The notes beneath the pieces were generated by a model. It was given only the letters and a program-made list of their open reading frames with translations. It ran no database searches and was not told the DNA's origin. A DNA stretch of 64,000 nucleotides from a virus: IMG/VR virus record IMGVR_UViG_3300032156_000001, positions 1-64,000 of that record, one strand, 5' to 3'. The position numbers and the translations under genes are program-made. Positions 37,660-45,265 of this stretch are shown here, piece by piece; position 1 is the first letter of the stretch; each line of letters begins with the position of its first letter.

Positions 37660-37873
37660 GCTGTGCCACCTGTGCGGAAAGCCTGCCGACGCGTACGTCG
37701 CTGAGCTCACCAAGACCGGCGCCGTGCGGCCGGACGCCTGCAACGTTCCGATCTGCACCGGGTGCCGAAAGAAGGGTAGGTTCCTGACTTTGGTCCGGTG
37801 TGTCGCCAAGAAGCCGGCGCGTCCGGCGGGGAAGACGGATGCGGCGTGTTGCGCCGCACAGAAAGGGGGCTGA
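37595..37873 (+). CDS. Zn-ribbon hypothetical protein
   Basis: CHLC...CTGC. Confidence 0.55.
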   Translation: MKLGNKIRPRVRVVGIDPPPDELCHLCGKPADAYVAELTKTGAVRPDACNVPICTGCRKKGRFLTLVRCVAKKPARPAGKTDAACCAAQKGG

Positions 37874-38238
37874 TGAAAGTCAAGGTGGTGCCGGGCTCCG
37901 CGCGCGTGCGATTCGTGTTGACGTACGCCAACGGGAAGGCGGTTTCGCTGGATTTCGGCTCGCATGATGCGTATATCGCCGGTAAGAAGTGGCGGGTGGC
38001 CTGCTTCGGCAACGACCGCGCCGGCGCTTACGCCGAAGTGGAATTCGACGACGTTTCCGTCATTTGCGACAGGCTGTTGGAGACGATAGCCTTCGAGCTG
38101 TCGGAGGCCATCAGCGGCGCGCTGCAAGGCGGGCGGAAGGCCGCGAAGCCGAAGCCCGAGCCGGCGCCGAAGGCCGCCAAGCCGTCACCAAAGCCGAAGC
38201 CGGCGAAGGCGGCTTATACGGGCGGGATAGACCTGTAG
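37873..38238 (+). CDS. hypothetical protein
   Basis: TGATG coupling; KP-rich tail. Confidence 0.55.
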   Translation: MKVKVVPGSARVRFVLTYANGKAVSLDFGSHDAYIAGKKWRVACFGNDRAGAYAEVEFDDVSVICDRLLETIAFELSEAISGALQGGRKAAKPKPEPAPKAAKPSPKPKPAKAAYTGGIDL

Positions 38239-38239
38239 G

Positions 38240-38257
38240 TTTCCAAGGCGTTGGAAA
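38240..38257. promoter_or_regulatory. palindrome TTTCCAA-GGCG-TTGGAAA
   Basis: Perfect copy 1 nt after a stop, upstream of SD AGGAGG; two genes upstream of Ro60. Confidence 0.7.
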
Positions 38258-38275
38258 CCCGATCAGGAGGGCGTC

Positions 38276-38470
38276 ATGAAGCGGATACTGAAGTGGGCGG
38301 CCGCGCTGCTCCTGCTGAAGCTATGCTTCATGGCGGGCGACATCCGGCGTTACGTGGCGGCGCGGCTGCAGTTGTCCAGGGGGCCGGCAGCTGCGCCGTC
38401 CGTCGGCGCGCCGAGGCCGCCCGAACTCCCGCCGGCCCCGCCGGGGCCGGAGGATCCTGACAGGTTTTGA
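38276..38470 (+). CDS. small membrane-anchored protein
   Basis: Hydrophobic N-terminus, Pro-rich tail. Confidence 0.55.
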   Translation: MKRILKWAAALLLLKLCFMAGDIRRYVAARLQLSRGPAAAPSVGAPRPPELPPAPPGPEDPDRF

Positions 38471-38509
38471 TCCGCGCTGATTGGCGGCGCGGAATGAGAG
38501 GAGGAGCGG

Positions 38510-40102
38510 ATGAACCGGACGCTGTTCAAGGGGAAGGGGTCCAGGGGCGCGCCGCCGGCCGACACGGTCAACGCGGCGGGCGGCGTGGCGTACAAGATGA
38601 CCGACGAGCAGGCGCTGGCCCAGCTGGCCGTGACGGGCTGCCTGTCGGACGTCTTCTACGCCAACGCGGAGATGCAGCTCGAGCAGGTCCTGGAAGTGGC
38701 GGCGAAGGTGCCCGCGGACTACGAGGCGCGGGTGGCGCTGTACGCCTGGGAGAAGGGCTACATGAAGGACATGCCGGCCCTGCTCTTGGCGCACCTGATG
38801 CGGCGCGACGTCGCGATGGCGAAGCGGGTCTTCCCGCGGATCGTCGTGAATGGCAAGATGCTGCGCAACTTCGTCCAGGTCATCCGCAGCGGGGTGACCG
38901 GGCGGAAGTCGATGGCCACGGCGCCGTCGGCGCTCGTGTCGGCGTACCTGGCCAAGCGGACCCCGCTGGAGCTCCTCAGGGACTCGATCGGCGACAAGCC
39001 CGACTTGGCGGACATCATCAGGCTGGCGCATCCCAAGCCGCCGAACGCGCAGTACCGCGCGTTCTACGCCTGGGCGCTCGGCAAGAAGCTGGACGCCGAG
39101 CAGCAGTCGGCGCTCCCGGAGATCGTTGCGGCGTACGACAAGATGTGCAAGACGGGCGTCCTCGATCTGGACGTAGTCACCAAGCTGCCGATTCAGATGC
39201 TCGGCAGCCTCAAGATGACCGACGACGCCTGGAAGAGGACCGCGGTCAACCTTCCCTGGCACGCGCTGCGGATGAACCTCAACGCGCTGGCCAAGCACGG
39301 CGTCTGGCAGGACAAGGAAGTCCTGCTCCGCTGCTGCGACAAACTGCGGGACCTCGAGACGATCAGGAAGGCGCGGGTCTTCCCGTACCAGCTCCTGATC
39401 GCCTACAAGATGACCGGTACGGACGTCCCGAACGAGCTGAGGGAGGCGCTGCAGGACGCCATGGAAGTGGCCGTCGAGAACGTTCCCGAACTGCCCGGCA
39501 GGACGTGGGTGTTCGTGGACGTCTCAGGCTCGATGCGCTCGCCCGTCACGGGAATACGCAAGGGGGCGACCACCGCGGTCCAGTGCGTGGACGTGGCCGC
39601 GCTGATGGCGGCCGCCATCCTCCGCCGGAACCGGGACTCCAACGTGCTGGCGTTCAACGACTCGGTCGTCGAGGGCTCCGACCGGATTGTGAACCGCCGC
39701 GACTCCGTGATGACGATCGCGGAGAAGCTGGCGGGGCGGCCGTCCGGCGGGACGAACGTCAGCGCGCCCATGCGCCAGCTGGTCGACCGGAACGAGCCGG
39801 CCGACACGGTCGTGTACGTGTCGGACAACCAGTCCTGGATCGATACCGCTGCCCATCAGTACGGGATGCAGGAGGCGACGGAGACCAAGCACCTGTGGCA
39901 GACGCTGAAGAAGCGCCGCCCGAAGGCGCGGATGGTCTGCGTCGACTTGCAGCCGTACCCCGACGCGCAGGCGCCGTCGTGCGCCGACACGCTCAATGTC
40001 GGGGGCTTCTCCGACGCCGTGTTCGACCTCATCGCCCTGTTCGCCAAGGGCGAGCTCACTCCCGACCACTGGGTCGGCGAGATCAGGAAAGTCCAACTGT
40101 GA
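38510..40102 (+). CDS. rsr: Ro60/TROVE RNA-binding protein (Rsr homolog)
   Basis: NAAGGVAY, GYMKDMPALL, NGKMLRNFVQVIRSG, LPWHALRMNL, ARVFPYQLL, C-terminal vWA VDVSGSM/GGTN/SDNQ. Confidence 0.95.
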   Translation: MNRTLFKGKGSRGAPPADTVNAAGGVAYKMTDEQALAQLAVTGCLSDVFYANAEMQLEQVLEVAAKVPADYEARVALYAWEKGYMKDMPALLLAHLMRRDVAMAKRVFPRIVVNGKMLRNFVQVIRSGVTGRKSMATAPSALVSAYLAKRTPLELLRDSIGDKPDLADIIRLAHPKPPNAQYRAFYAWALGKKLDAEQQSALPEIVAAYDKMCKTGVLDLDVVTKLPIQMLGSLKMTDDAWKRTAVNLPWHALRMNLNALAKHGVWQDKEVLLRCCDKLRDLETIRKARVFPYQLLIAYKMTGTDVPNELREALQDAMEVAVENVPELPGRTWVFVDVSGSMRSPVTGIRKGATTAVQCVDVAALMAAAILRRNRDSNVLAFNDSVVEGSDRIVNRRDSVMTIAEKLAGRPSGGTNVSAPMRQLVDRNEPADTVVYVSDNQSWIDTAAHQYGMQEATETKHLWQTLKKRRPKARMVCVDLQPYPDAQAPSCADTLNVGGFSDAVFDLIALFAKGELTPDHWVGEIRKVQL

Positions 40103-40129
40103 CCACGTCGCTTGTGGGCGGCTCGCGTA

Positions 40130-40165
40130 CAGGGGCGGCAGCCACAACTGCCGCCCCTGCTTTTT
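40130..40165 (+). terminator. intrinsic terminator
   Basis: CAGGGGCGGCAG/CTGCCGCCCCTG plus TTTTT. Confidence 0.75.
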
Positions 40166-40202
40166 CCCGACTTCGCGGCAGCGACTCGCGGAAAGGGGTG
40201 AC

Positions 40203-40922
40203 ATGGAAGCGCAGTCGAAAGAGCAATTGGCGAGGGTGTTGGAAGAGTGGGCAAAGGCGTCGAGCGACGTCGAATGGTCGCGTCGGCAACTGCTTGTGAA
40301 GGAGGACAAGCTGAACAGTCTGTTGGCCGACGCTGTCAAGGCGATGGGCATCGGCGGTACGGAGCTGGCGAGTCTGGCTGGCGGTGAGGAAGCGACGGAT
40401 TGGGTGATGTTCGCCGGCGAGCTGGTTCCTGTGAGGACGGCCAGCGTCAACGGCGAGACGGCCCGCATAATGGACCTGACGGACATGGAACGGAGGGACC
40501 CGGAGAAGTTTGGGGCTGAAGCAGTGGGTCGATATCTGGAGAGCGGCATGCGGCCCGTGCCGGTGCCGATACCGGTATCGGCATCGCCGTTGACGGCGAA
40601 TCGGCTTGCTGCCGTCGGCGTGGCTCAGTCCGGCAAGGCGCTCAGCATAAACGCCATCGCACGCCAAGTGGGGAAGGACCTCGGGATACCGATGCCGGTT
40701 TCAGACAAGAGCGCGACTGCCAGCTCGCACGGCAAGCAGGCGAAGTTCACGCCGGCGGATAGGGCAGCCATCGACGCGCTCTATTTCCACAGGGATACCA
40801 TCCAGGAAGTAGCGCGGAGGTACAAGGCTGACGAGGCAGCGGCGTCTCGTTGGCTGGCCGGCATAGAAATGAAGCAAAGGGCCGCGGTTGAGAAGATCAG
40901 AAAGGAGTTGGGATGCCACTAG
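40203..40922 (+). CDS. hypothetical protein with C-terminal sigma region-4-like HTH
   Basis: TPADRAAIDALYFHRDTIQEVARRYKADEAAASRWL...EKIRKEL. Confidence 0.5.
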   Translation: MEAQSKEQLARVLEEWAKASSDVEWSRRQLLVKEDKLNSLLADAVKAMGIGGTELASLAGGEEATDWVMFAGELVPVRTASVNGETARIMDLTDMERRDPEKFGAEAVGRYLESGMRPVPVPIPVSASPLTANRLAAVGVAQSGKALSINAIARQVGKDLGIPMPVSDKSATASSHGKQAKFTPADRAAIDALYFHRDTIQEVARRYKADEAAASRWLAGIEMKQRAAVEKIRKELGCH

Positions 40923-41308
40923 TTCTGAATGCGCCCTTCAGGGGGCGGCCGGTAGACCAAAACGCCGTGAAAGAACTGGAAACCGCGCAGTACCGGCGGG
41001 AGATGAAGGTTGCGGCAGCGGCCATGCAGCCGTTGCCGGAGGACGTCGTCCTGGCGGTCGGATTGACCTTCGTGTACGAACTCACGCCGGGATACCTCAT
41101 CCGAAGGCATCGGATATCCAACGCGCCGCCGCGCATCCTCGCGTGGCTCGCGCAAGTGGGGTTCCAGCCCGGTCGCGGGATCGTCGGCGGATCGTCCGGC
41201 CACGGGTCCGGCGGCGGTTCGGCCGGCCACGGAAGCGGAGGCCATTCGCCTGGCTGCGGAAGCGGCGCTCGGGCACTGAAACGGCGGCGGTTCGGCTCGT
41301 CGCGGTAG
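40913..41308 (+). CDS. hypothetical protein with Gly/Ser/His-rich tail
   Basis: 131-aa ORF. Confidence 0.5.
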   Translation: MPLVLNAPFRGRPVDQNAVKELETAQYRREMKVAAAAMQPLPEDVVLAVGLTFVYELTPGYLIRRHRISNAPPRILAWLAQVGFQPGRGIVGGSSGHGSGGGSAGHGSGGHSPGCGSGARALKRRRFGSSR

Positions 41309-41374
41309 GACGAAACATTCGTAGTTGACGGGGATGTTCGGTTGCAGTATCAGATAGGCTTGTGTGGAACTCGA

Positions 41375-41543
41375 GGTGAATGCGCGAGGGACTACATTTC
41401 GATGAGAAGGGGCCGGAGGCCCCACAGTGCCCGACGGAGCGCGCCGGTTCGCGGCGTCGGGGTTGTGCCACCGGACCTGGCCTTTGCGGATCCAGCGGTA
41501 ACGCGGGGCCTTGTAATGCTCGTCTCTCGCATGTGTCATCACC
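41375..41543 (+). ncRNA. Y RNA-like element A (long variant)
   Basis: GGTGA(A)TG/CATCACC terminal helix, GCGAGGGAC/GTCTCTCGC second helix, GACTAC motif shared with copies B-E. Confidence 0.65.
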
Positions 41544-41554
41544 CCGCTGTTTTA

Positions 41555-41685
41555 CGGCACGAATGCCTGGAGGGGACTACCTATCGGAGGAGGAGATGCA
41601 GGTGCGACTCCTGCCCGCCGGTCTCGATCCGGCGGTAGCTCAACAGCAGAGCGCCTAAAAAGTCTCTTCCGACTTCATCGTGCCG
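41555..41685 (+). ncRNA. yrlA: YrlA-type Y RNA (tRNA mimic), element B
   Basis: CGGCACGA(A)TG/CATCGTGCCG bulged helix; T-arm GCAGG-TGCGACT-CCTGC; loop-closed acceptor-like stem CCGCCGG/CCGGCGG; D-arm TAGCTCAACAGCAGAGC; followed by T8. Confidence 0.85.
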
Positions 41686-41757
41686 CCTTTTTTTTCGCTT
41701 GCTGTTGGCAGGGCGGAGCCGGGCCGGCGCCATGATGGCGCGCCGGCTCCGCAACAT

Positions 41758-42122
41758 GGGGGCGATCATAGAATCGACCCGACGTGAATGGGAGGAGTCG
41801 CGCGCCGAGGTGGCTCGGAGGCCTCGTTAAACACCGGGCAATGCAAACGTGCCAAGAACGACAAGTTCGTTCGCGGGGGCTTCGGCCTCCGCGCTGCTGC
41901 CTAATCGAACAGCGGCTAACCCCGCTCGCGCGCCCGGCCCGGGCGCGCGGGAAGATGACGGGCTGCCGCCCAGCAAGCTGGGCTAGGTCGGTGTACAACC
42001 GATGGAGTCGTGGGAAGCGACACGAGAGGCTTGCCGGTGGGCCGGACACAGACCATCGGACACGCGCGTAGAGGCTCGACCTGAAGCGGACGGGGACCCG
42101 AGTGCGAGTCTCGGCGCCTCCA
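41758..42122 (+). ncRNA. ssrA: tmRNA (one-piece)
   Basis: GGGGGCG/CGCCTCC acceptor with G3-U70 and discriminator A; 5' GAATCGAC and GCGCGCCGAGG; 3' GGAC-CCGAG-TGCGAGT-CTCGG T-arm; 365 nt; tag ORF present. Confidence 0.92.
41851..41904 (+). other. tmRNA tag reading frame (A)AKNDKFVRGGFGLRAAA*; resume codon inferred
   Basis: GCC AAG AAC GAC...GCT GCT GCC TAA; ND near the start and AA at the end, as in known tags. Confidence 0.8.
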
Positions 42123-42149
42123 CAAATTTGTGCAGAATCGTAGGTGAAC

Positions 42150-42211
42150 GGCTCGAATGCCGAGGGGGACTACACTTGAAATGTAAAGTCTCCCTCGATT
42201 TTCATCGAGCC
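42150..42211 (+). ncRNA. minimal Y RNA-like element C
   Basis: GGCTCGA(A)TG/CATCGAGCC; GAGGGGGAC/GTCTCCCTC; TACA-CTTGAAA-TGTA. Confidence 0.75.
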
Positions 42212-42220
42212 TCCAACCTT

Positions 42221-42279
42221 TGACCCGAATGCCGTCCGGACTACATGGAAATGATGTCCGGCCACCTTTCATCGGGTCA
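42221..42279 (+). ncRNA. minimal Y RNA-like element D
   Basis: TGACCCGA(A)TG/CATCGGGTCA; CCGGAC/GTCCGG; CAT-GGAA-ATG. Confidence 0.75.
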
Positions 42280-42297
42280 CCATTTCGCTAGCGTGAC

Positions 42298-42358
42298 GGC
42301 TCGAATGCCGGGATGACTACATTGCCTAAATGAACGTCATCCCAATTCTCATCGAGCC
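42298..42358 (+). ncRNA. minimal Y RNA-like element E
   Basis: GGCTCGA(A)TG/CATCGAGCC; GGGATGAC/GTCATCCC; CATT-GCCTA-AATG. Confidence 0.75.
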
Positions 42359-42374
42359 ACCTTTGCGAGTCAGC

Positions 42375-42400
42375 GGGCGGCTTCGGCCGCCCTTGTCTTT
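42375..42400 (+). terminator. terminator closing the RNA cluster
   Basis: GGGCGGC-TTCG-GCCGCCC plus TTGTCTTT. Confidence 0.75.
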
Positions 42401-42720
42401 GGGCGCCCCGCCTACCCGGCCCGTAGCCGGGATTGCAGGCGGGGTTTCGTTGTGGGGGGGACTTGGAAGGCCGGTGGTCTCAGGCGCTGCAGAAAGGAGG
42501 GCCTGTATGCAGCCTAACGCCAGAACCTTTCATGCCACAACACTGCCCGCTTTGGCGAGGAAGGACCACCGATCGCTTCCGGGGTGCGGGATCCCCGGGC
42601 CGTGAAGGCGTGCGGCTGTACGGCGCGGCTCGGCGTATCCGGGTCGGCCGTGCGGCCGGTTTTTAGGTATGGGGCGGGCGAAAGCCTAGGCCCCGCCCCA
42701 CAGAGAAGGAGCCAGTGACA

Positions 42721-42948
42721 ATGTCCATTACCGTCAGGGTCGGCCCCATGGTGAAGGTGTTCGACCAGTTGGCGAACAAGACCGTCATGCAGATCCGACG
42801 CGACCTCGCGGGCCACATGGCCATCCCCGAGGCCTCTCGGGCGACGGTCAACAACGTGGACGTGAGCGAGGACCAGGTCGTCCAGGACTTCCAGACGATC
42901 GAGTTCGTGGTCCAGTCGGGTTCCAAGGGGACCGATTCGGTAGCGTAG
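42721..42948 (+). CDS. ubiquitin-like (beta-grasp) protein with short C-terminal extension
   Basis: 75 aa; ATVNNVDVSEDQVVQDFQTIEFV-SGSKG then TDSVA; adjacent to E2/JAB/E1. Confidence 0.75.
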   Translation: MSITVRVGPMVKVFDQLANKTVMQIRRDLAGHMAIPEASRATVNNVDVSEDQVVQDFQTIEFVVQSGSKGTDSVA

Positions 42949-43038
42949 CGCAAGGGCCGAAGTAGAAGCCTGTCAGGCCCGCCGCAAGCTACCGGGCCCG
43001 CTTCGGCGGGCCTGACAATTCGATAAAGGAATGAAGGA

Positions 43039-43758
43039 ATGGCGAACACGCCTTCTGCGACCAGGAGACAGATCCGCATAGAGGGAAACCTCGTGGCGGT
43101 GGAGAACGTCCAGGTCGAGCGCTATGTCGGAGTCGACGACTTCATCGACTGCATGACGAAGCGCCGGCCGGTGGCCAGCCCCATACTGCCCAGGAACTGC
43201 GTCCTGTACGCGAACAACACGGCGGACACGTTCCGCCAGCTGTTCGTCATCCAGGAGCCTGCCGGCATACGGCGGATAAGGTACAAGCACGACCGGGCCA
43301 GCGGCCCCGGCGAGGGGATCAACATAGAGGTGTCCATGCCCATGCTGCTGTGGTTCTTCACGTGCACGGACATGTCGCTGGCGTCGCTGAGGTGCGCCGC
43401 CGTGCGGCGCGACCTGTCGGCCGTGGCCGATCCGATGGCCACGCCGCTCCTGAACCCACTGCTGCCGAACTTCCGCGATAACGGCACTGGCGTCATGTGC
43501 ACCGGGCGCATGACGGTCGGCCAGCAGCCGACCCTGGCCAAGACGGTGGACGCGCTGATGCGCGCGATCTGGGATTCCGAGTGGAACCTGGACCTCGGCA
43601 TCGACTACGCGAACACCGGCCTGGGCGACATGCGCGACTGGGCGCACAAGAGCACCGGTCAGCCGGGCTTCCACGAGCGGATCGCGTTTCCGCCGTACGA
43701 GCCCAATCAGCTGGGCGGGATGGTGCGGCGCGCGCTGGCGCAGCGGGACGGTGACTAG
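43039..43758 (+). CDS. prokaryotic E2-like protein (Prok-E2 D / PRTRC B-like)
   Basis: MPMLLWF...LLPNFRDNGTGVMCTG (candidate catalytic Cys)...WDSEWNLDL. Confidence 0.7.
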   Translation: MANTPSATRRQIRIEGNLVAVENVQVERYVGVDDFIDCMTKRRPVASPILPRNCVLYANNTADTFRQLFVIQEPAGIRRIRYKHDRASGPGEGINIEVSMPMLLWFFTCTDMSLASLRCAAVRRDLSAVADPMATPLLNPLLPNFRDNGTGVMCTGRMTVGQQPTLAKTVDALMRAIWDSEWNLDLGIDYANTGLGDMRDWAHKSTGQPGFHERIAFPPYEPNQLGGMVRRALAQRDGD

Positions 43759-44120
43759 TGCTGCGCACCAGGGGCGAGCTGCTTACTTTCATCGGCGCCA
43801 AGGAGGACATGCGCCGGAGAGACGAAGCCAAAGCCGAGGCGAAGGCCGGGAATGAGCGGCCGAAGACCGACATATTCGCCGCCCTGGCGCGCGTGCCGCC
43901 CGTGCCGATAACCTCGCTGGAAGGGATAGCCGAGTTCGCGCTCGTCGTGCCCGACCCGGAGACGCTGGCCGAGATGCCGGGCACGCCGGCGCAGGTGCTG
44001 GTGTCGCAGTTCGTGTTCTACGCGAGGAAGTCGTTCCAGCTCGCGGAGGCGATGCGCCGCGACGCCGGCCAGTTCGAGCTGATACGCGCCGCGACGATGC
44101 GCCTGGAGGAGAGACGGTGA
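43758..44120 (+). CDS. hypothetical protein in the Ubl operon
   Basis: Translationally coupled to both neighbours. Confidence 0.55.
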   Translation: MLRTRGELLTFIGAKEDMRRRDEAKAEAKAGNERPKTDIFAALARVPPVPITSLEGIAEFALVVPDPETLAEMPGTPAQVLVSQFVFYARKSFQLAEAMRRDAGQFELIRAATMRLEERR

Positions 44121-45265
44121 GCGTTCCGATAAAGATCTATGTGATGGAGGAAGGGATGAAGATGCCGGACGACGACCTCTGCTACCTGGTCGGCGCCAAC
44201 GGCATCTTCAAGAGGACGCGATGCCCGCTGTTCGAGATCGTGATCAAGGTGTCGGAGATACCCGGCTTGGCCAACCTGGGTACGTTGGTCAGGCCGACGG
44301 TCGTGAAGATCCCCGAGCCGCTGCTGCGGCAGGTGGAATCGTTCTTCAAGGCCGTGTACGAGAAGCACAAAGCCGAAGCCGTAGTCCTGGTGCTGTACAA
44401 CGAGAAGGAGAAGGCGTGGAAGCTGCTCATACCCGACCAGGAGGTCATGTGCGGCCACGCCGACTACGACCTGAAGAAGGTGGCCATCGAATCCGGCCAC
44501 GTGCTGTTCGGTTCGATGCACAGCCACGGCAGCATGTCGGCCTTCCATTCCGGGACCGACGACAAGGATGAGTGCAAGTTCGACGGCATCCATATCACCA
44601 TCGGCGCGGTTGACGGCACGACGCTCAGCTACGCCGTGCGGTGGTCGATGGCCGGCATGCTCATCAAGGCCGACCTGGAGGACGTCGTCGACCTGCCGAA
44701 GCCGCTCAAGGTGCCGTGCGAGGAGTCGTGGCTGGACCGCGTCAAGACGAGAGGGGCCGCGCAGATCGGGTATCTGGCCCGGCCTGCCGGCCAGGACTTT
44801 CAACGGTGGAGGGAGGACTACGGCGAAGGATGGTCGGAAGAAGCGGCGGCACAGGCACCGGCGTCGCCGGCAGCGTTACCAACCGGGACCGTTACTGTAG
44901 ACCCGCAGGGCGCGGTGAAGGAGGTTTCCGCGGGCCCTTTCGCGGATGGCAAGGCCCTCTTCCAGGCGCGCGATACCGGAGACTCCTCGAATGAGCGGAA
45001 GTTCCCGCTCGCCCCGACGCGGCGCGTGCTGGATCCCAAGCTCCTGGCCGGCGAGCTGCTCGGCCTGGCGGAAGAGGAGAAGGCATATTGGGCCCTGACC
45101 GACGAGGTTCTTGAGGGGCCGCAGGGCTTTGCCACGTCGGAGGACTACCTCACCTATCTGGCCGATTGGCAGGATTATTTGGAGAGCGTGATCGTCACGG
45201 CGCAGGACATGGTCGATTACGAATCCGTCCAATACGCGCGCGCCGGCGCGGGCAAGGGGGGCTGA
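44117..45265 (+). CDS. JAB/MPN metalloprotease (PRTRC A-like) with acidic C-terminal extension
   Basis: KAEAVV (Glu)...GSMHSHGSMSAFHSGTDDKDE. Confidence 0.85.
   Translation: MSVPIKIYVMEEGMKMPDDDLCYLVGANGIFKRTRCPLFEIVIKVSEIPGLANLGTLVRPTVVKIPEPLLRQVESFFKAVYEKHKAEAVVLVLYNEKEKAWKLLIPDQEVMCGHADYDLKKVAIESGHVLFGSMHSHGSMSAFHSGTDDKDECKFDGIHITIGAVDGTTLSYAVRWSMAGMLIKADLEDVVDLPKPLKVPCEESWLDRVKTRGAAQIGYLARPAGQDFQRWREDYGEGWSEEAAAQAPASPAALPTGTVTVDPQGAVKEVSAGPFADGKALFQARDTGDSSNERKFPLAPTRRVLDPKLLAGELLGLAEEEKAYWALTDEVLEGPQGFATSEDYLTYLADWQDYLESVIVTAQDMVDYESVQYARAGAGKGG

Noticed and set aside
41185-41275. GGC-rich nucleotide repeat
   Set aside because: Explained by a Gly/Ser/His-rich coding tail of ORF 40913-41308 (period 3).
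41375-42358. The repeated GAATGC/GACTAC/TCATC units as a CRISPR array for the RAMP gene
   Set aside because: No constant direct repeat with unique spacers. The units are self-complementary with compensatory changes, which fits structured RNA genes.
42607-42646. Possible GGY-NN pentamer repeat tract (GGCGC GGCTC GGCGT) as a RAMP guide array
   Set aside because: Only three consecutive units. A rough estimate says such runs are expected by chance in DNA this GC-rich. No such tract flanks the RAMP gene.
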